In this document: one piece after another, positions 49,306 to 59,491 of the stretch
Numbering within the stretch: the first letter of the stretch is position 1
Layout of the letters: the number at the start of each line of letters is the position of its first letter
Source: an uncultured Gammaproteobacteria bacterium
Lineage (GTDB): Bacteria > Patescibacteriota > Microgenomatia > Daviesbacterales > UBA10151
Length of the DNA: 64,000 bases
Direction of reading: 5' to 3'
Assembly: GCA_964500725.1 (NCBI GenBank)
Contig: CAZCNP010000002.1
Span: 5,347-69,346 of the forward strand
The notes under the pieces: model-generated
The model's database searches: none
Seen by the model: the letters and a program-made list of their open reading frames with translations, nothing else
Told to the model about the DNA's origin: nothing
Position numbers and translations under genes: made by a program

Positions 49306-50787
49306 ATGGCCATGATTTTAAAATACTTATCCTCACCAAAAATAATTTTGCTTGCCATTCTATTAATAGGCTTGTTTTTTAGACTTTATAAATTAGAAAT
49401 CTTCTATCCTTGGGGTCACGACCAGGATCTTTTTGCCTGGATTGCAAAAGATATTTTGATTGATCGCCATCTAAGATTGATAGGTCAAGAAACAAGTATA
49501 ATAGGAGTATTCATAGGGCCACTATTTTATTATTTGGTTGCAGTTGGGATGGCAGTTTTTAATATGAATCCCTTAGGGGCAGCACTGGTGACAACTATTA
49601 TTAGTCTGCTGACGATTATTAGTATTTATTGGGTGTTTAACAAATTTTTTGACAGAAATGTTGGTTTGATTGGAGCTTTTTTGTATGCTGTATCTCCCGG
49701 CGCTGTGTTTTTAGACAGATGGATAGTGCCAACGCAACCAACAATTCTTTGGTCAGTCTGGTTTTTGTATGTTTTGTTATCTATTATAAAAGGTAACCTA
49801 CAGATTTTAATACCTTTAAGTTTGTTGATTGGTTTAGTTTGGCATGTTCATATAGCTTTTATTCCTTTGTTAGTTCTGTTCCCGATTGCTTATATGCTGT
49901 CGGGACAGAAATTGAAAGAAATAAAATATAGTTTTAATACGGTCATAATTTCCTTATTAATATTATTATCCCTACTCTCGCCGTTTATAATTTTTGAAAT
50001 TAGGCATGGTTTTCAGCAAACACGGAGTTTGATAAGTGCCACTTATAAAGACCAGGATCACTTAAAGGGAATTGATAGGATGTTTAAAACACTAAATTCC
50101 GGAGGCAGGTCGTTGGCTGGGGCATTTGTTTTGAGCAATACGGTTATTGGGTTGCCGCCGGTGCTAACTGGCTCTTTGCCGTTTTTGCTATTGTTTGGTG
50201 TTTTATATCTTTGGAATAGAAGAGCTTTAACAAAAAAACAAGGAATTATTTTTACTATATGGTATTTAATTGTTTTTTTGGGTCAATTTTTTTCCAAGAG
50301 AATTATCACCGAATATTATTTTAATAATTTGTTTGTAATTTGGTTTCTAGTAATTGCTTTGGTTTTAAATAAATTACCAGCAGCTAAAATTTTTCTAGCA
50401 ATTTATTTGGTGGGGATAATAGGATGGTTTGTTAGTAGGCCTGATGATTTAGGTGGGTTCTTGTACAAAAAGCTGGCCATAGAATATATTAAAAGCGATA
50501 TGGGCAGTAAAGGTTACCGATGCATTGCAGTTAATCATATTGAAGGGCAGCCAGGCGGCGCTACTGGATTTAGATATTTATTTTGGTTGAATAAATTACC
50601 CATCGTAACCTCAGGTAATGATGTGCCTGTTTATAGTGTGGTAGAGCCGTGGAAGATTTCTGAAAAAGAAATTAATGCCAAATTTGGCACTTTGGGGGTA
50701 ATTTGGCCCGTTAAGCAAAACTTAGACTTTAGTGTTTGCAAAAATAAGGACCGTCAACTACTGCCTTTGTGGGGATTTAATAACTAA
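49306..50787 (+). CDS. PMT-like GT-C glycosyltransferase (paralog of 54698)
   Basis: HDQDLFAW, RLIGQETS..GVFIGPLFYY. Confidence 0.8.
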   Translation: MAMILKYLSSPKIILLAILLIGLFFRLYKLEIFYPWGHDQDLFAWIAKDILIDRHLRLIGQETSIIGVFIGPLFYYLVAVGMAVFNMNPLGAALVTTIISLLTIISIYWVFNKFFDRNVGLIGAFLYAVSPGAVFLDRWIVPTQPTILWSVWFLYVLLSIIKGNLQILIPLSLLIGLVWHVHIAFIPLLVLFPIAYMLSGQKLKEIKYSFNTVIISLLILLSLLSPFIIFEIRHGFQQTRSLISATYKDQDHLKGIDRMFKTLNSGGRSLAGAFVLSNTVIGLPPVLTGSLPFLLLFGVLYLWNRRALTKKQGIIFTIWYLIVFLGQFFSKRIITEYYFNNLFVIWFLVIALVLNKLPAAKIFLAIYLVGIIGWFVSRPDDLGGFLYKKLAIEYIKSDMGSKGYRCIAVNHIEGQPGGATGFRYLFWLNKLPIVTSGNDVPVYSVVEPWKISEKEINAKFGTLGVIWPVKQNLDFSVCKNKDRQLLPLWGFNN

Positions 50788-50792
50788 TTATT

Positions 50793-52319
50793 ATGGGCAG
50801 ATGTCTAAAGAAATTTAACTATATAGTCTATTCATTAATTGGTTTAAATATTTTACTGAGTGCATATTGGTTATTACATGGTGATATACGTTATGATGTA
50901 GATATTTCGCGGGATTTATTGTTGGTTAAGGAGATAGTAACAGATAAACCCATTACTCTTATAGGTTCCCATACATCGATAGGGGGCGTTTTTCACGGAC
51001 CAGCTTGGTATTACCTTAATGTGCCGGCTTTTTTTCTTTTTTCCGGCAATCCAGTACTGATTGGCTGGTTTTGGTGGGGATTGTCAATTATTGCTCTAGT
51101 TGTGATTTTTTTTATTGCTCAGAAATTGTTTGACAGGAATACTGCTCTTTTAGCAGTATTATTATATTCTGCAAATGCAATTATAAATCCTATATATGGA
51201 TTAAAAATGTTTTTTCCTCCTTATGGAGCAGTAGTATTATTCCCTATATTTTTTTATTTATTTACAAGATACATGTTAAGTCAAAAAACAAAATATTTAG
51301 CACTAGCAATATTTACCTTAGGATTTATCATTCAATTTGAAATGGCTTTTGGGATTCCAATATTAGCATTGACTCTGCTGTTTTTAATATTTTTTTTATA
51401 TAGAAAAAATATATTAAAACAGTGGTTAGTGGTACCAATAATATTTTTACCTTTATCTACCTTTATAATTTTTGATCTTCGACATAACTTTTTACAAACT
51501 AATTCTTTATTGCAATATCTGGGAGCACAGGCTGGCAAGCATAATTTTGATTTATTTGTTTTATTAAATGAAAAAATAACTGGTATTTTTTCCGATACCT
51601 TTTTTTTATTAACACAAGACAACAGATTTCTTAGTTGGTTATACTCAATTTTATTTATTGCCTTAATATTTATTATTAAAGTGCCTAATAAAAAAATTTA
51701 CTGGCTATTTTTATTTTTTTATTTAGGATATTGGGTTAGCCATTTTACATTAAAACCACTTTGGAGTAGTTACTATTGGCCATTATTACCAGTAATGATT
51801 ATACTGTATTCTTCCTTTATAAATTTTATATCTAAGAAAATTTTCTTTCTAATTTATATTCCCCTCCTGTTATGGAATATGTATATAGGAGTAGCTTATA
51901 TTAAAGATTTTGATATAGATGTAACAAAGAGAAGCAAGAATAGTTGGGCATATAATAAATTAGTAGCTGAAAACATCTTTAAAGATGCAGAAGGTGACTT
52001 TGGGTATTTTATTTTTTCTCCTGAAAGGTGGGTATTTCAAAATTGGTATGCTTTGGATTTCATTCGGAAACAATATCCTCAAAAAAAAGGGCACCCATTT
52101 ACAAAACAAAAATTGACTTATCTGATAGTTGTTGATTCGCCTAAAGATAGAGTGGATCCTGTGAGTATGGGTTGGAGAATTACAGATCTTAATATTAAGA
52201 AGGAACCAAAAGAGAAGAAAAGAATTGATATAACAGAAATTCAAAAATATTATTTAAATGAGGAAGAGATAAGGTCTCCGGTTAATCCTTATTTACTAAA
52301 TTCTTTATTTTTTAGATAA
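50793..52319 (+). CDS. PMT-like GT-C glycosyltransferase
   Basis: YDVDISRD, GGVFHGPAWYY. Confidence 0.8.
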   Translation: MGRCLKKFNYIVYSLIGLNILLSAYWLLHGDIRYDVDISRDLLLVKEIVTDKPITLIGSHTSIGGVFHGPAWYYLNVPAFFLFSGNPVLIGWFWWGLSIIALVVIFFIAQKLFDRNTALLAVLLYSANAIINPIYGLKMFFPPYGAVVLFPIFFYLFTRYMLSQKTKYLALAIFTLGFIIQFEMAFGIPILALTLLFLIFFLYRKNILKQWLVVPIIFLPLSTFIIFDLRHNFLQTNSLLQYLGAQAGKHNFDLFVLLNEKITGIFSDTFFLLTQDNRFLSWLYSILFIALIFIIKVPNKKIYWLFLFFYLGYWVSHFTLKPLWSSYYWPLLPVMIILYSSFINFISKKIFFLIYIPLLLWNMYIGVAYIKDFDIDVTKRSKNSWAYNKLVAENIFKDAEGDFGYFIFSPERWVFQNWYALDFIRKQYPQKKGHPFTKQKLTYLIVVDSPKDRVDPVSMGWRITDLNIKKEPKEKKRIDITEIQKYYLNEEEIRSPVNPYLLNSLFFR

Positions 52320-52324
52320 ATAAA

Positions 52325-53167
52325 ATGTATTCTTTAACTGAAGAGTTTGTTGTCAGCAAATTGCCAAAGAGGCTACATGATGCTAATAAAGGAACTTTCG
52401 GAAAAGTATTGGTAATTGCTGGATCAGAAAATTATCCTGGAGCTGCATATCTGACTTGTGCTGCTGCTTACAGAGCAGGAGCAGGGTTGGTAACGCTTGC
52501 AACTATCCCTTCAGTCAAATTAATTGTTTCAAAGAAGCTGCCTGAAGTTACTTTTTTCCAGCCTGATGAAGTTGTTAGCGAAATAAACAAATATGACGTG
52601 CTTGTAGTAGGACCAGGTTTAGGTCAAGACCAGAGGGCAACAAGGACAATAGAGAAGTTGTTAAGAGTAAAGAATTTGCCGAACATTTTAATTGACGGGG
52701 ATGGATTAAATATTGTTGCCAAAATTGATAACTGGTGGAAGCGGCTTACTGCAGAAGCGATATTTACTCCTCATCCAGGAGAAATGTCGCGGCTGACAAG
52801 TTTTTCTGTCAAGGAGATACAAAAAGATCGGGACAATATAGCAAAAAATTTCGCTGAAAAGTGGAATAAAATTATTGTATTAAAAGGCGCAAATACAGTT
52901 ATTGCTTCACCTAATAGAGAAATAGAGGTAAGTCCTTTTGCGAACCCTTTACTTGCAACGGCTGGAACAGGTGATATTTTGTCCGGAGTTATTGCTGGCT
53001 TTCTTGCTCAAGGAGTAGATCTTTTTGATGCTGCTTGTATTGGTGTGTATATCCATGGGTTAGCTGGAGAAGTGTTAAAAGAAAAAATTGGGACAGCAGG
53101 AGCTTTAGCAGGTGATCTGCTGCCACTTTTGCCTCTAGTTATAAAGAAAATAAGACAAACAAATTAA
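52325..53167 (+). CDS. nnrD: ADP-dependent NAD(P)HX dehydratase (stand-alone)
   Basis: NKGTFGKVLVIAGS, GPGLG, TPHPGE, AGTGDIL. Confidence 0.92.
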   Translation: MYSLTEEFVVSKLPKRLHDANKGTFGKVLVIAGSENYPGAAYLTCAAAYRAGAGLVTLATIPSVKLIVSKKLPEVTFFQPDEVVSEINKYDVLVVGPGLGQDQRATRTIEKLLRVKNLPNILIDGDGLNIVAKIDNWWKRLTAEAIFTPHPGEMSRLTSFSVKEIQKDRDNIAKNFAEKWNKIIVLKGANTVIASPNREIEVSPFANPLLATAGTGDILSGVIAGFLAQGVDLFDAACIGVYIHGLAGEVLKEKIGTAGALAGDLLPLLPLVIKKIRQTN

Positions 53168-53225
53168 AAATTATAATTAATCCATTGACAATTATAATAA
53201 ATGTTGCTATTTATACGGAATAAAT

Positions 53226-54665
53226 ATGCAAGATGATACTTCTTTATTAAAAAATTTTTTGGAAATCTCCTATGAGCAGTTAGAGGAAATGAATCTTAAG
53301 GCTAAAGAAAAACAGCTAACTGAAGACTCAAAAGAATTAGAAAATCAGTATCGTCTTTACCTGCAAAAAGAAAAGAGGATTAAAGCAATAACCTTAGCTT
53401 TCACAGATATTGAAGGCAGGTTTCATATGCTGGATTATGATAAAAAATACCTTTTGGAATCTGCTGCTAATTTAACTTTTGATGGCTCTTCCATTAGAGG
53501 CTTTACTGCGCTTGCCGAATCAGATTTAAGATTGGAGGTGGATTGGGGTAGTATAGTTTATCTTCCCTCAGATATATTTGGAGGAGGAAAGGTAATCATG
53601 TTTGCCAATGTATTAAATAGGGATAGATCTTCTTACCAATCGGATTTTAGGGGGCAATTAAAATTGTATACGCAGCAGCTTCAGGCTAAAGAGGGAATTA
53701 CAGCATATACGTCTGCAGAAATAGAAGGATTTTTGGTAGAGGGTATAGGGGCAGAGCAAAGCTTTGATGAAGATATTGGTTTTAAATTAATTTCAACTGG
53801 TGGTTATTACCACTCTTTACCGCTAGGAAGACTGCGGAGGTTTATTGATGCAGCTGCAGAAACGCAAAGGGCAATGGGTTTTCAAAACGAGAAGGATCAT
53901 CCTGAAGTTGCGCCATCACAATTTGAATTAAACTTTAGTTACACAGATGTAGTAAGAGCATGTGATCAAATTCAACTTTATAAGTTAATTTGCAGACAAG
54001 TTGCCAATAATATGGGTATGACAGCAACTTTTTTACCAAAGCCAATTGCCAATATCAATGGATCAGGAATGCATGTTAACTTTTCGTTGGCAAAAAATGG
54101 TAGAAATATTTTTCATGACAAAAGTGGCAAAGAGGGTTTATCTGATCTTGCTTGGGATTTTATCTTAAGATTATTAAATCATGCACCAGAGATCTGTCTG
54201 GCTTTAAATTCTTCAGTAAATGCTTATAGAAGATTGGATCCTCATTTTGAAGCGCCTAATCAAATTAAAGTATCACCGGTTGATAGGGGTTCTATGATGA
54301 GAATACCTGTAGGAAATGAAAAAACAGCCAGAATTGAGATTAGGTCAGTAGCTCCAGATGCCAACCCATACCTTACTTTGTATACAATTCTAAGAACTGG
54401 ATTGGAAGGAAAAAAATTAAACCGTTCCAGAGGCAAGAGGGAAAGGCTAAGATTTTTACCTGGAACTATTTATGATGCAATCAGACTTTTCAAAACGAGT
54501 GATTTAATTGGAAAAATCTTAGGGGCAGAAAATGCCCAAAAATATTTATCTTTTAAAGAGGCAGTAGCAGATAGAAGCCCAAAAGAATTGGGTGACAAGG
54601 TTAAAAGTTCAGAAATTGTATATCACCATGAAGTTACAAATCAGGTATTGTGGAATAATTTTTGA
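53226..54665 (+). CDS. glnA: Glutamine synthetase family protein
   Basis: FDGSSI.GF, HPEVAPSQFE, PKP....NGSGMH, NAYRRL.P.FEAP, RIEIRS. Confidence 0.88.
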   Translation: MQDDTSLLKNFLEISYEQLEEMNLKAKEKQLTEDSKELENQYRLYLQKEKRIKAITLAFTDIEGRFHMLDYDKKYLLESAANLTFDGSSIRGFTALAESDLRLEVDWGSIVYLPSDIFGGGKVIMFANVLNRDRSSYQSDFRGQLKLYTQQLQAKEGITAYTSAEIEGFLVEGIGAEQSFDEDIGFKLISTGGYYHSLPLGRLRRFIDAAAETQRAMGFQNEKDHPEVAPSQFELNFSYTDVVRACDQIQLYKLICRQVANNMGMTATFLPKPIANINGSGMHVNFSLAKNGRNIFHDKSGKEGLSDLAWDFILRLLNHAPEICLALNSSVNAYRRLDPHFEAPNQIKVSPVDRGSMMRIPVGNEKTARIEIRSVAPDANPYLTLYTILRTGLEGKKLNRSRGKRERLRFLPGTIYDAIRLFKTSDLIGKILGAENAQKYLSFKEAVADRSPKELGDKVKSSEIVYHHEVTNQVLWNNF

Positions 54666-54680
54666 GCGTAGCGAAAAAAT
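54658..54680. repeat. REP-like mini-hairpin
   Basis: ATTTTT-GA-GC-GTA-GC-GA-AAAAAT at the glnA stop. Confidence 0.45.
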
Positions 54681-54697
54681 AGTCCTACGGTTTATTT

Positions 54698-56188
54698 CTA
54701 ATCTACAAACCCAAGCATAGAGTCTGTTAAATTTGTATTTGGTGTTTGACAACTTTTCTGTATAGTTTCTTTTGAGGGGATATGAGTTGGTGGAATAACT
54801 CCGATATGCCCAAACTTGATTTTGCCTTTTTCCTGTGAAAGCTCTTCAGGAATAATTATGTTATATACAGGTATGTCTAAAGAGGGGTGAACAAGATGTA
54901 TTTTGTTTAAAAAGAAAAGATATCTAAAGCCAGCATTTTCCCCAGGAGCGGTAATATAGCTGATACCAATGCAGGGAATATTCTTTTTCCGAGCATCTTC
55001 TTTGATGTATTGCACAACTCCTTTTTTTTCAATGTATCCTTTATGATAGATATATTGATTAATAGTAAAATTTAAGTTCTTAATCAGTAAGATCGTTAAT
55101 AAAATTACTATAGTTGTTTTGCCTAGCTTAGATAATTTATATATATAAACGAAAGATAGGCTTAAAAATGCTAGAAAAATGATCTGGATGTTATAAAGGT
55201 AGTATTCAGATATTAAGCTGGAAGATATTGTAAAAAAAACGATCACTCCAAGAATCCATACAAGCAAAGATAAGATTTCTTTTTTTGGAATTAACTTTTT
55301 CCAATATGAAACAGATAATGTTGATAGGAGTAATAATAGAGCAAACAGTCCTCTATATTTTTCTGGGAGACTTTGGGGTGATAAGAATAGAGCGTTAATA
55401 TTTTTTGAAATCATATTTAATACAGAAGATAATTTCGTTATTCCAACTCCTCCTCCATGCTCAGAGGAAAAGTTACCAATTAAAGATAGTGTTTGTGAGA
55501 AACCATGTCTTAATTCAAAAGCAATCAAAGGTAAAGAAGTAATAAATAAAGAAATTAAAAAATAAAACATCTGCTTTTTTGTAGGTATTCTCTTTGAAAC
55601 AAAGATAGCAAAAGGTACTGCCAGAAGAACTGGAATTAAGGCAATATGGATATGCCAGATTAGCCCTATTAAAATACCAAGTAAAGGTAAAATGTTATGA
55701 TAGCCTCTGGAAATCATAATAATTGTAAAAAAGTACCAAACGATCCAAAGATTGGTGAGAGTAGAGGGAGCAACAAGGCGGTCAAAATCTATATTGGGTA
55801 TTAATATTGAATAAAAAAAAGAGATTATCAGACCAAGGTTTTTATTAAATAATTCTGAAAATACATAGTAATAGCTTACAATTGTTAATGCTCCAATAAT
55901 TGTAATTGGTACAGTAGCTGCAATAGGGTCCATATTGAAGATAATAAAAAAGGGTATTAGAAGATAATAAAAAAATGGACCAATAAAAATTCCTGGCGCT
56001 GAAGTGAGTTGACCTATTAAACGAAAGTGACCGTCAATGACTATATCTTTCACAATCCAAGAAAATAAATCACTATCGTGGTTAAAATGGGCTCTTCCAA
56101 CTAAATCATAGGTTCTTAAGAAAATGCCAATGATTAGTATCAATCCTAATATTAGTAAATGAGGTCTTTTTCTAAAATAGGAAATCAT
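54698..56188 (-). CDS. PMT-like GT-C glycosyltransferase
   Basis: HDSDLFSW, RLIGQLTS.PGIFIGPFFYY. Confidence 0.8.
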   Translation of the reverse strand: MISYFRKRPHLLILGLILIIGIFLRTYDLVGRAHFNHDSDLFSWIVKDIVIDGHFRLIGQLTSAPGIFIGPFFYYLLIPFFIIFNMDPIAATVPITIIGALTIVSYYYVFSELFNKNLGLIISFFYSILIPNIDFDRLVAPSTLTNLWIVWYFFTIIMISRGYHNILPLLGILIGLIWHIHIALIPVLLAVPFAIFVSKRIPTKKQMFYFLISLFITSLPLIAFELRHGFSQTLSLIGNFSSEHGGGVGITKLSSVLNMISKNINALFLSPQSLPEKYRGLFALLLLLSTLSVSYWKKLIPKKEILSLLVWILGVIVFFTISSSLISEYYLYNIQIIFLAFLSLSFVYIYKLSKLGKTTIVILLTILLIKNLNFTINQYIYHKGYIEKKGVVQYIKEDARKKNIPCIGISYITAPGENAGFRYLFFLNKIHLVHPSLDIPVYNIIIPEELSQEKGKIKFGHIGVIPPTHIPSKETIQKSCQTPNTNLTDSMLGFVD

Positions 56189-56245
56189 TATGAAAATTAT
56201 ACCTAATTTGATCTCTCAAATGATAGCTGCTAAACTACAAAGATT

Positions 56246-56983
56246 ATGCAAGTTAAAGCAATAAAAACTAGAAAATTTTTACCACCACAAGATAATTTAT
56301 GGGATCTTTTGTCGTCAATAAAATCTTTGGAAGAAAACTCCGTAGTTGCTATAACTTCTAAAGTAGTATCGATTGGAGAAGGAAGGTGTGTATCAATAAA
56401 AAAAGCTTCCAAAGATGAACTTGCAGTTAAAGAAGCAGATAAATATTTGCCTAGAGAAATTTCACCGAATGGTTTTATATTACATACAATTAAAAATAAT
56501 TTATTGGTAGCATCAGCAGGTATTGATGAAAGTAACGGTAAAAACTATTATATACTTTGGCCCAAAAATCCTCAAAAAAGAGCTAAAGATATCTGGATAT
56601 TTTTAAAAAATAAATTTAAAGTAAATAATTTAGGGGTAATTATTACAGATTCAAGATTAGTGCCTTTAAGACGAGGCGTAGTAGGTATTGCCATTGCTTA
56701 CTGTGGATTTAATCCATTAAAAGATTATCGGGGTAGGAAAGATATATTTGGTAGAGAATTTCAGATTGAGACATCCAATATGCCTGATTCTTTAGCAGCA
56801 GCAGCAGTTTTAGAAATGGGAGAAGGGGCAGAGCAGCAGCCAATTGCTATGATTTCAGATATTCCTCATATAGAATTTACCTCTAAAGTAAGCGAGGATA
56901 TTAAAATTTCTGAGAAGGAAGATATGTTTTATCCTTTTTTATCTTCAGTCAAATGGTTGAAGGGTGGGAGCGGAAGAAATTAA
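56246..56983 (+). CDS. CofE-like gamma-glutamyl ligase
   Basis: ITSKVVSIGEG, AGIDESN, ITDS...PLRRG, D.FGR, MGEG.E. Confidence 0.85.
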   Translation: MQVKAIKTRKFLPPQDNLWDLLSSIKSLEENSVVAITSKVVSIGEGRCVSIKKASKDELAVKEADKYLPREISPNGFILHTIKNNLLVASAGIDESNGKNYYILWPKNPQKRAKDIWIFLKNKFKVNNLGVIITDSRLVPLRRGVVGIAIAYCGFNPLKDYRGRKDIFGREFQIETSNMPDSLAAAAVLEMGEGAEQQPIAMISDIPHIEFTSKVSEDIKISEKEDMFYPFLSSVKWLKGGSGRN

Positions 56984-57875
56984 CAGTTTTTTTTAAACCT
57001 TCATCTAAATCTACTTCTGCTTTCCAGCCCAATTCATTTTTAATTTTCTCAGCTGATGCTACCAAAGAAGGCACATCCCCCTTTCTTTCACCCTTATCTT
57101 CTATAGAGGTTTCGTATCCAACAATCTGAAAAATCTTTTTTACAATGTTAATAACTTTCATTCCTGTTTCTGTCCCAACATTATAAATATGAAGGCCCGT
57201 AAGAGGTAAAGCAAGGGCATGAGCTTTGGCTAAATCATCAATATAAATAAAGTCTCTTACTTGTTCTCCTTGCCAATACAGCGGGATAGGTTGCTTGGTC
57301 AATATTGCCTTAATAAAATTTGGGATAGCGTGGGTTTCAGGAGTGTGTAATTCTCCAGGACCATAGGGATTGAAATAACGGAGTATGGTAACATCAAACC
57401 CATATAAATTATTGTAAAGTTTGCAAAATTGCTCCATAGCTACCTTAGTTAATCCATATGAGTTTTCTTGCTCTCCTAATGGGTCAACTTCAGTAATTGG
57501 TAATTTTTTAGGTTTACCATAAACACAGGCACTTGAAGAAAATATTATCTTTTTAACCCCAGCAACTCGCATAGCCTCTAGCAGTTTGACTGTTCCAACG
57601 ATATTATTTTCAGTAAACTCCACAGGTTTTTTTATTGATTCTCCGACTTCGATAAAAGAAGCCATGTGTATGACTGCATCGTGTCCAGTTAATATTTCTT
57701 CTAATTTTTTCTGATCTGCTAAACTAGTTTGATAAAAAGTTATTTTAGAATCCAAAGATTCTTTCTGGCTGTTTGAAAGATCGTCGACAACAGTAACTTG
57801 ATGTCCTTGGTCAAGGAGAAGTTTGTTAACGTGTGATCCGATAAAGCCAGCCCCGCCAGTTACTAATACCCTCAT
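56949..57875 (-). CDS. galE: UDP-glucose 4-epimerase / NDP-sugar epimerase
   Basis: TGGAGFIGS, FSSSA.VYG, YGLTK, RYFN.YG. Confidence 0.85.
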   Translation of the reverse strand: MRVLVTGGAGFIGSHVNKLLLDQGHQVTVVDDLSNSQKESLDSKITFYQTSLADQKKLEEILTGHDAVIHMASFIEVGESIKKPVEFTENNIVGTVKLLEAMRVAGVKKIIFSSSACVYGKPKKLPITEVDPLGEQENSYGLTKVAMEQFCKLYNNLYGFDVTILRYFNPYGPGELHTPETHAIPNFIKAILTKQPIPLYWQGEQVRDFIYIDDLAKAHALALPLTGLHIYNVGTETGMKVINIVKKIFQIVGYETSIEDKGERKGDVPSLVASAEKIKNELGWKAEVDLDEGLKKTVNFFRSHPSTI

Positions 57876-57943
57876 GCAAACTATTTTAGCATAAATGAAA
57901 TAGGACTTGTTGCCTGTATAATGGTATGGTTATACTGGTTAAA

Positions 57944-59491
57944 ATGTATAAATTAATGAAGCAAAAGTTTTTAATTATTTGTTTAGTGATTTTAACTATT
58001 GGGATTATATTTAGACTGGCATTAACAGAAAATGGTAATTTTCTGTTTAATATGGACAGCGCAAGAGACTTTGTTGATGTAAGAGAGATGGTAGAACTTA
58101 GAAAGTTAAGACTTACAGGCCCTTCAACCCCTATTGACGGATTATATGATGGACCTTTTTGGTATTATTTTTTGGCAGTCGGCTATATTATCTCGGGGGG
58201 TAATCCATACAGCGCAGTTTTGATGCAAATTTTTCTTTGGGCAATTGGAGGATTCTTTCTATTGAAGTTAATAAAAAATTTCGGTATTTTTTTTACAATT
58301 CCAATTGGATTTACCTGGGTTGCGTCAAACTATATAGTTTTAGCCAATCTTTATTCTTTTAATCCAACACCTGTGACGCTTCTTGCTCCAATGTTTGTAT
58401 ATTTGTTGGTTAAATATTTAAAAAGCGGCAATGCAATTTATGGTATCTTGACCTGGATTTTAGGGGGATTATTTTTCAATCTTGAGATGAATTTTGGAGT
58501 ATTTGTCCCTCTGATAATATTATCAAGTATTATACTTACAGGCAATCTAAAACTTTTAAAACAAAAATATTTTTACTTAGGTATTGCATGTTTTATTTTG
58601 GCTTTGCTTCCGCAAATCCTTTTTGATTTAAAACATCAATTTATTATGAGCAAAGCTGTGCTTAGGCATTTAGCAGACAATTCCGGGTCAGCTCTTAATA
58701 TATTGGATCGGGTAAAAACAGTATCACTAAGTTTTTATAATACATTTTTACCGACTATGATGAACAGCAAGTACCTGGCTTGGATAATATTAGGTTTTCT
58801 CGTCCCTATACTTATTAAATTTATGAAGTCAGCAAAAAAGGATTTGGTCGTTTACGTAAGTTTTATCTTTATTATTATTCCATTTTTAGGCTACTTAATT
58901 TTGCCTGTAACGGTTAATCCTTGGCATTTAGGTGGGGAAATGGCAGTATCTTTGATATTAATAGCGTTTTTGTTCAAAAGTCTCTTTGAAGGAAATTTTC
59001 CAAGCAAAATTATATCTGTGACTCTCTCAATTGGAATGATTTGGTTTGCAGTATCAAATATTAGTAACTTTTTTATGGATGATAGAGGAAAAGCTAATTT
59101 GGATCCATCTTTATACAAAAATGAAATTACTGCAATAGATTATGTTTATAAACATGCTAATGGTAAAAATTTTAAGGTATATACATACTTACCTTCGATT
59201 TATGATTATCCATATCAATATTTATTTTGGTGGTATGGGAATAAAAAATATGGTTATCTACCGGCTGATTATGCTTATATTCCGGATAAACCATCATATA
59301 TATCAAATAAGGCAAGTTTTTCAGCAACAGAGAGCTCTTTGGATAAAAGACCGAATTCAAACTTGGTATTTCTAATAAAGGAACCTGACAGAAATTATAC
59401 CCGTTCTGGTTGGGAAGGTAACTTTATTAAACTGAAGACAATAAAAAAAGAGATGGTTGGTTCTCTGGAAATAGAAATAAAGCAATTATAA
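57944..59491 (+). CDS. PMT-like GT-C glycosyltransferase
   Basis: FNMDSARD, LTGP....GLYDGPFWYY; start moved from 57926. Confidence 0.8.
   Translation: MYKLMKQKFLIICLVILTIGIIFRLALTENGNFLFNMDSARDFVDVREMVELRKLRLTGPSTPIDGLYDGPFWYYFLAVGYIISGGNPYSAVLMQIFLWAIGGFFLLKLIKNFGIFFTIPIGFTWVASNYIVLANLYSFNPTPVTLLAPMFVYLLVKYLKSGNAIYGILTWILGGLFFNLEMNFGVFVPLIILSSIILTGNLKLLKQKYFYLGIACFILALLPQILFDLKHQFIMSKAVLRHLADNSGSALNILDRVKTVSLSFYNTFLPTMMNSKYLAWIILGFLVPILIKFMKSAKKDLVVYVSFIFIIIPFLGYLILPVTVNPWHLGGEMAVSLILIAFLFKSLFEGNFPSKIISVTLSIGMIWFAVSNISNFFMDDRGKANLDPSLYKNEITAIDYVYKHANGKNFKVYTYLPSIYDYPYQYLFWWYGNKKYGYLPADYAYIPDKPSYISNKASFSATESSLDKRPNSNLVFLIKEPDRNYTRSGWEGNFIKLKTIKKEMVGSLEIEIKQL

Noticed and set aside
53168-53225. 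Possible GlnR/TnrA box upstream of glnA
   Set aside because: No TGTNA-N7-TNACA match; only AT-rich palindromes.
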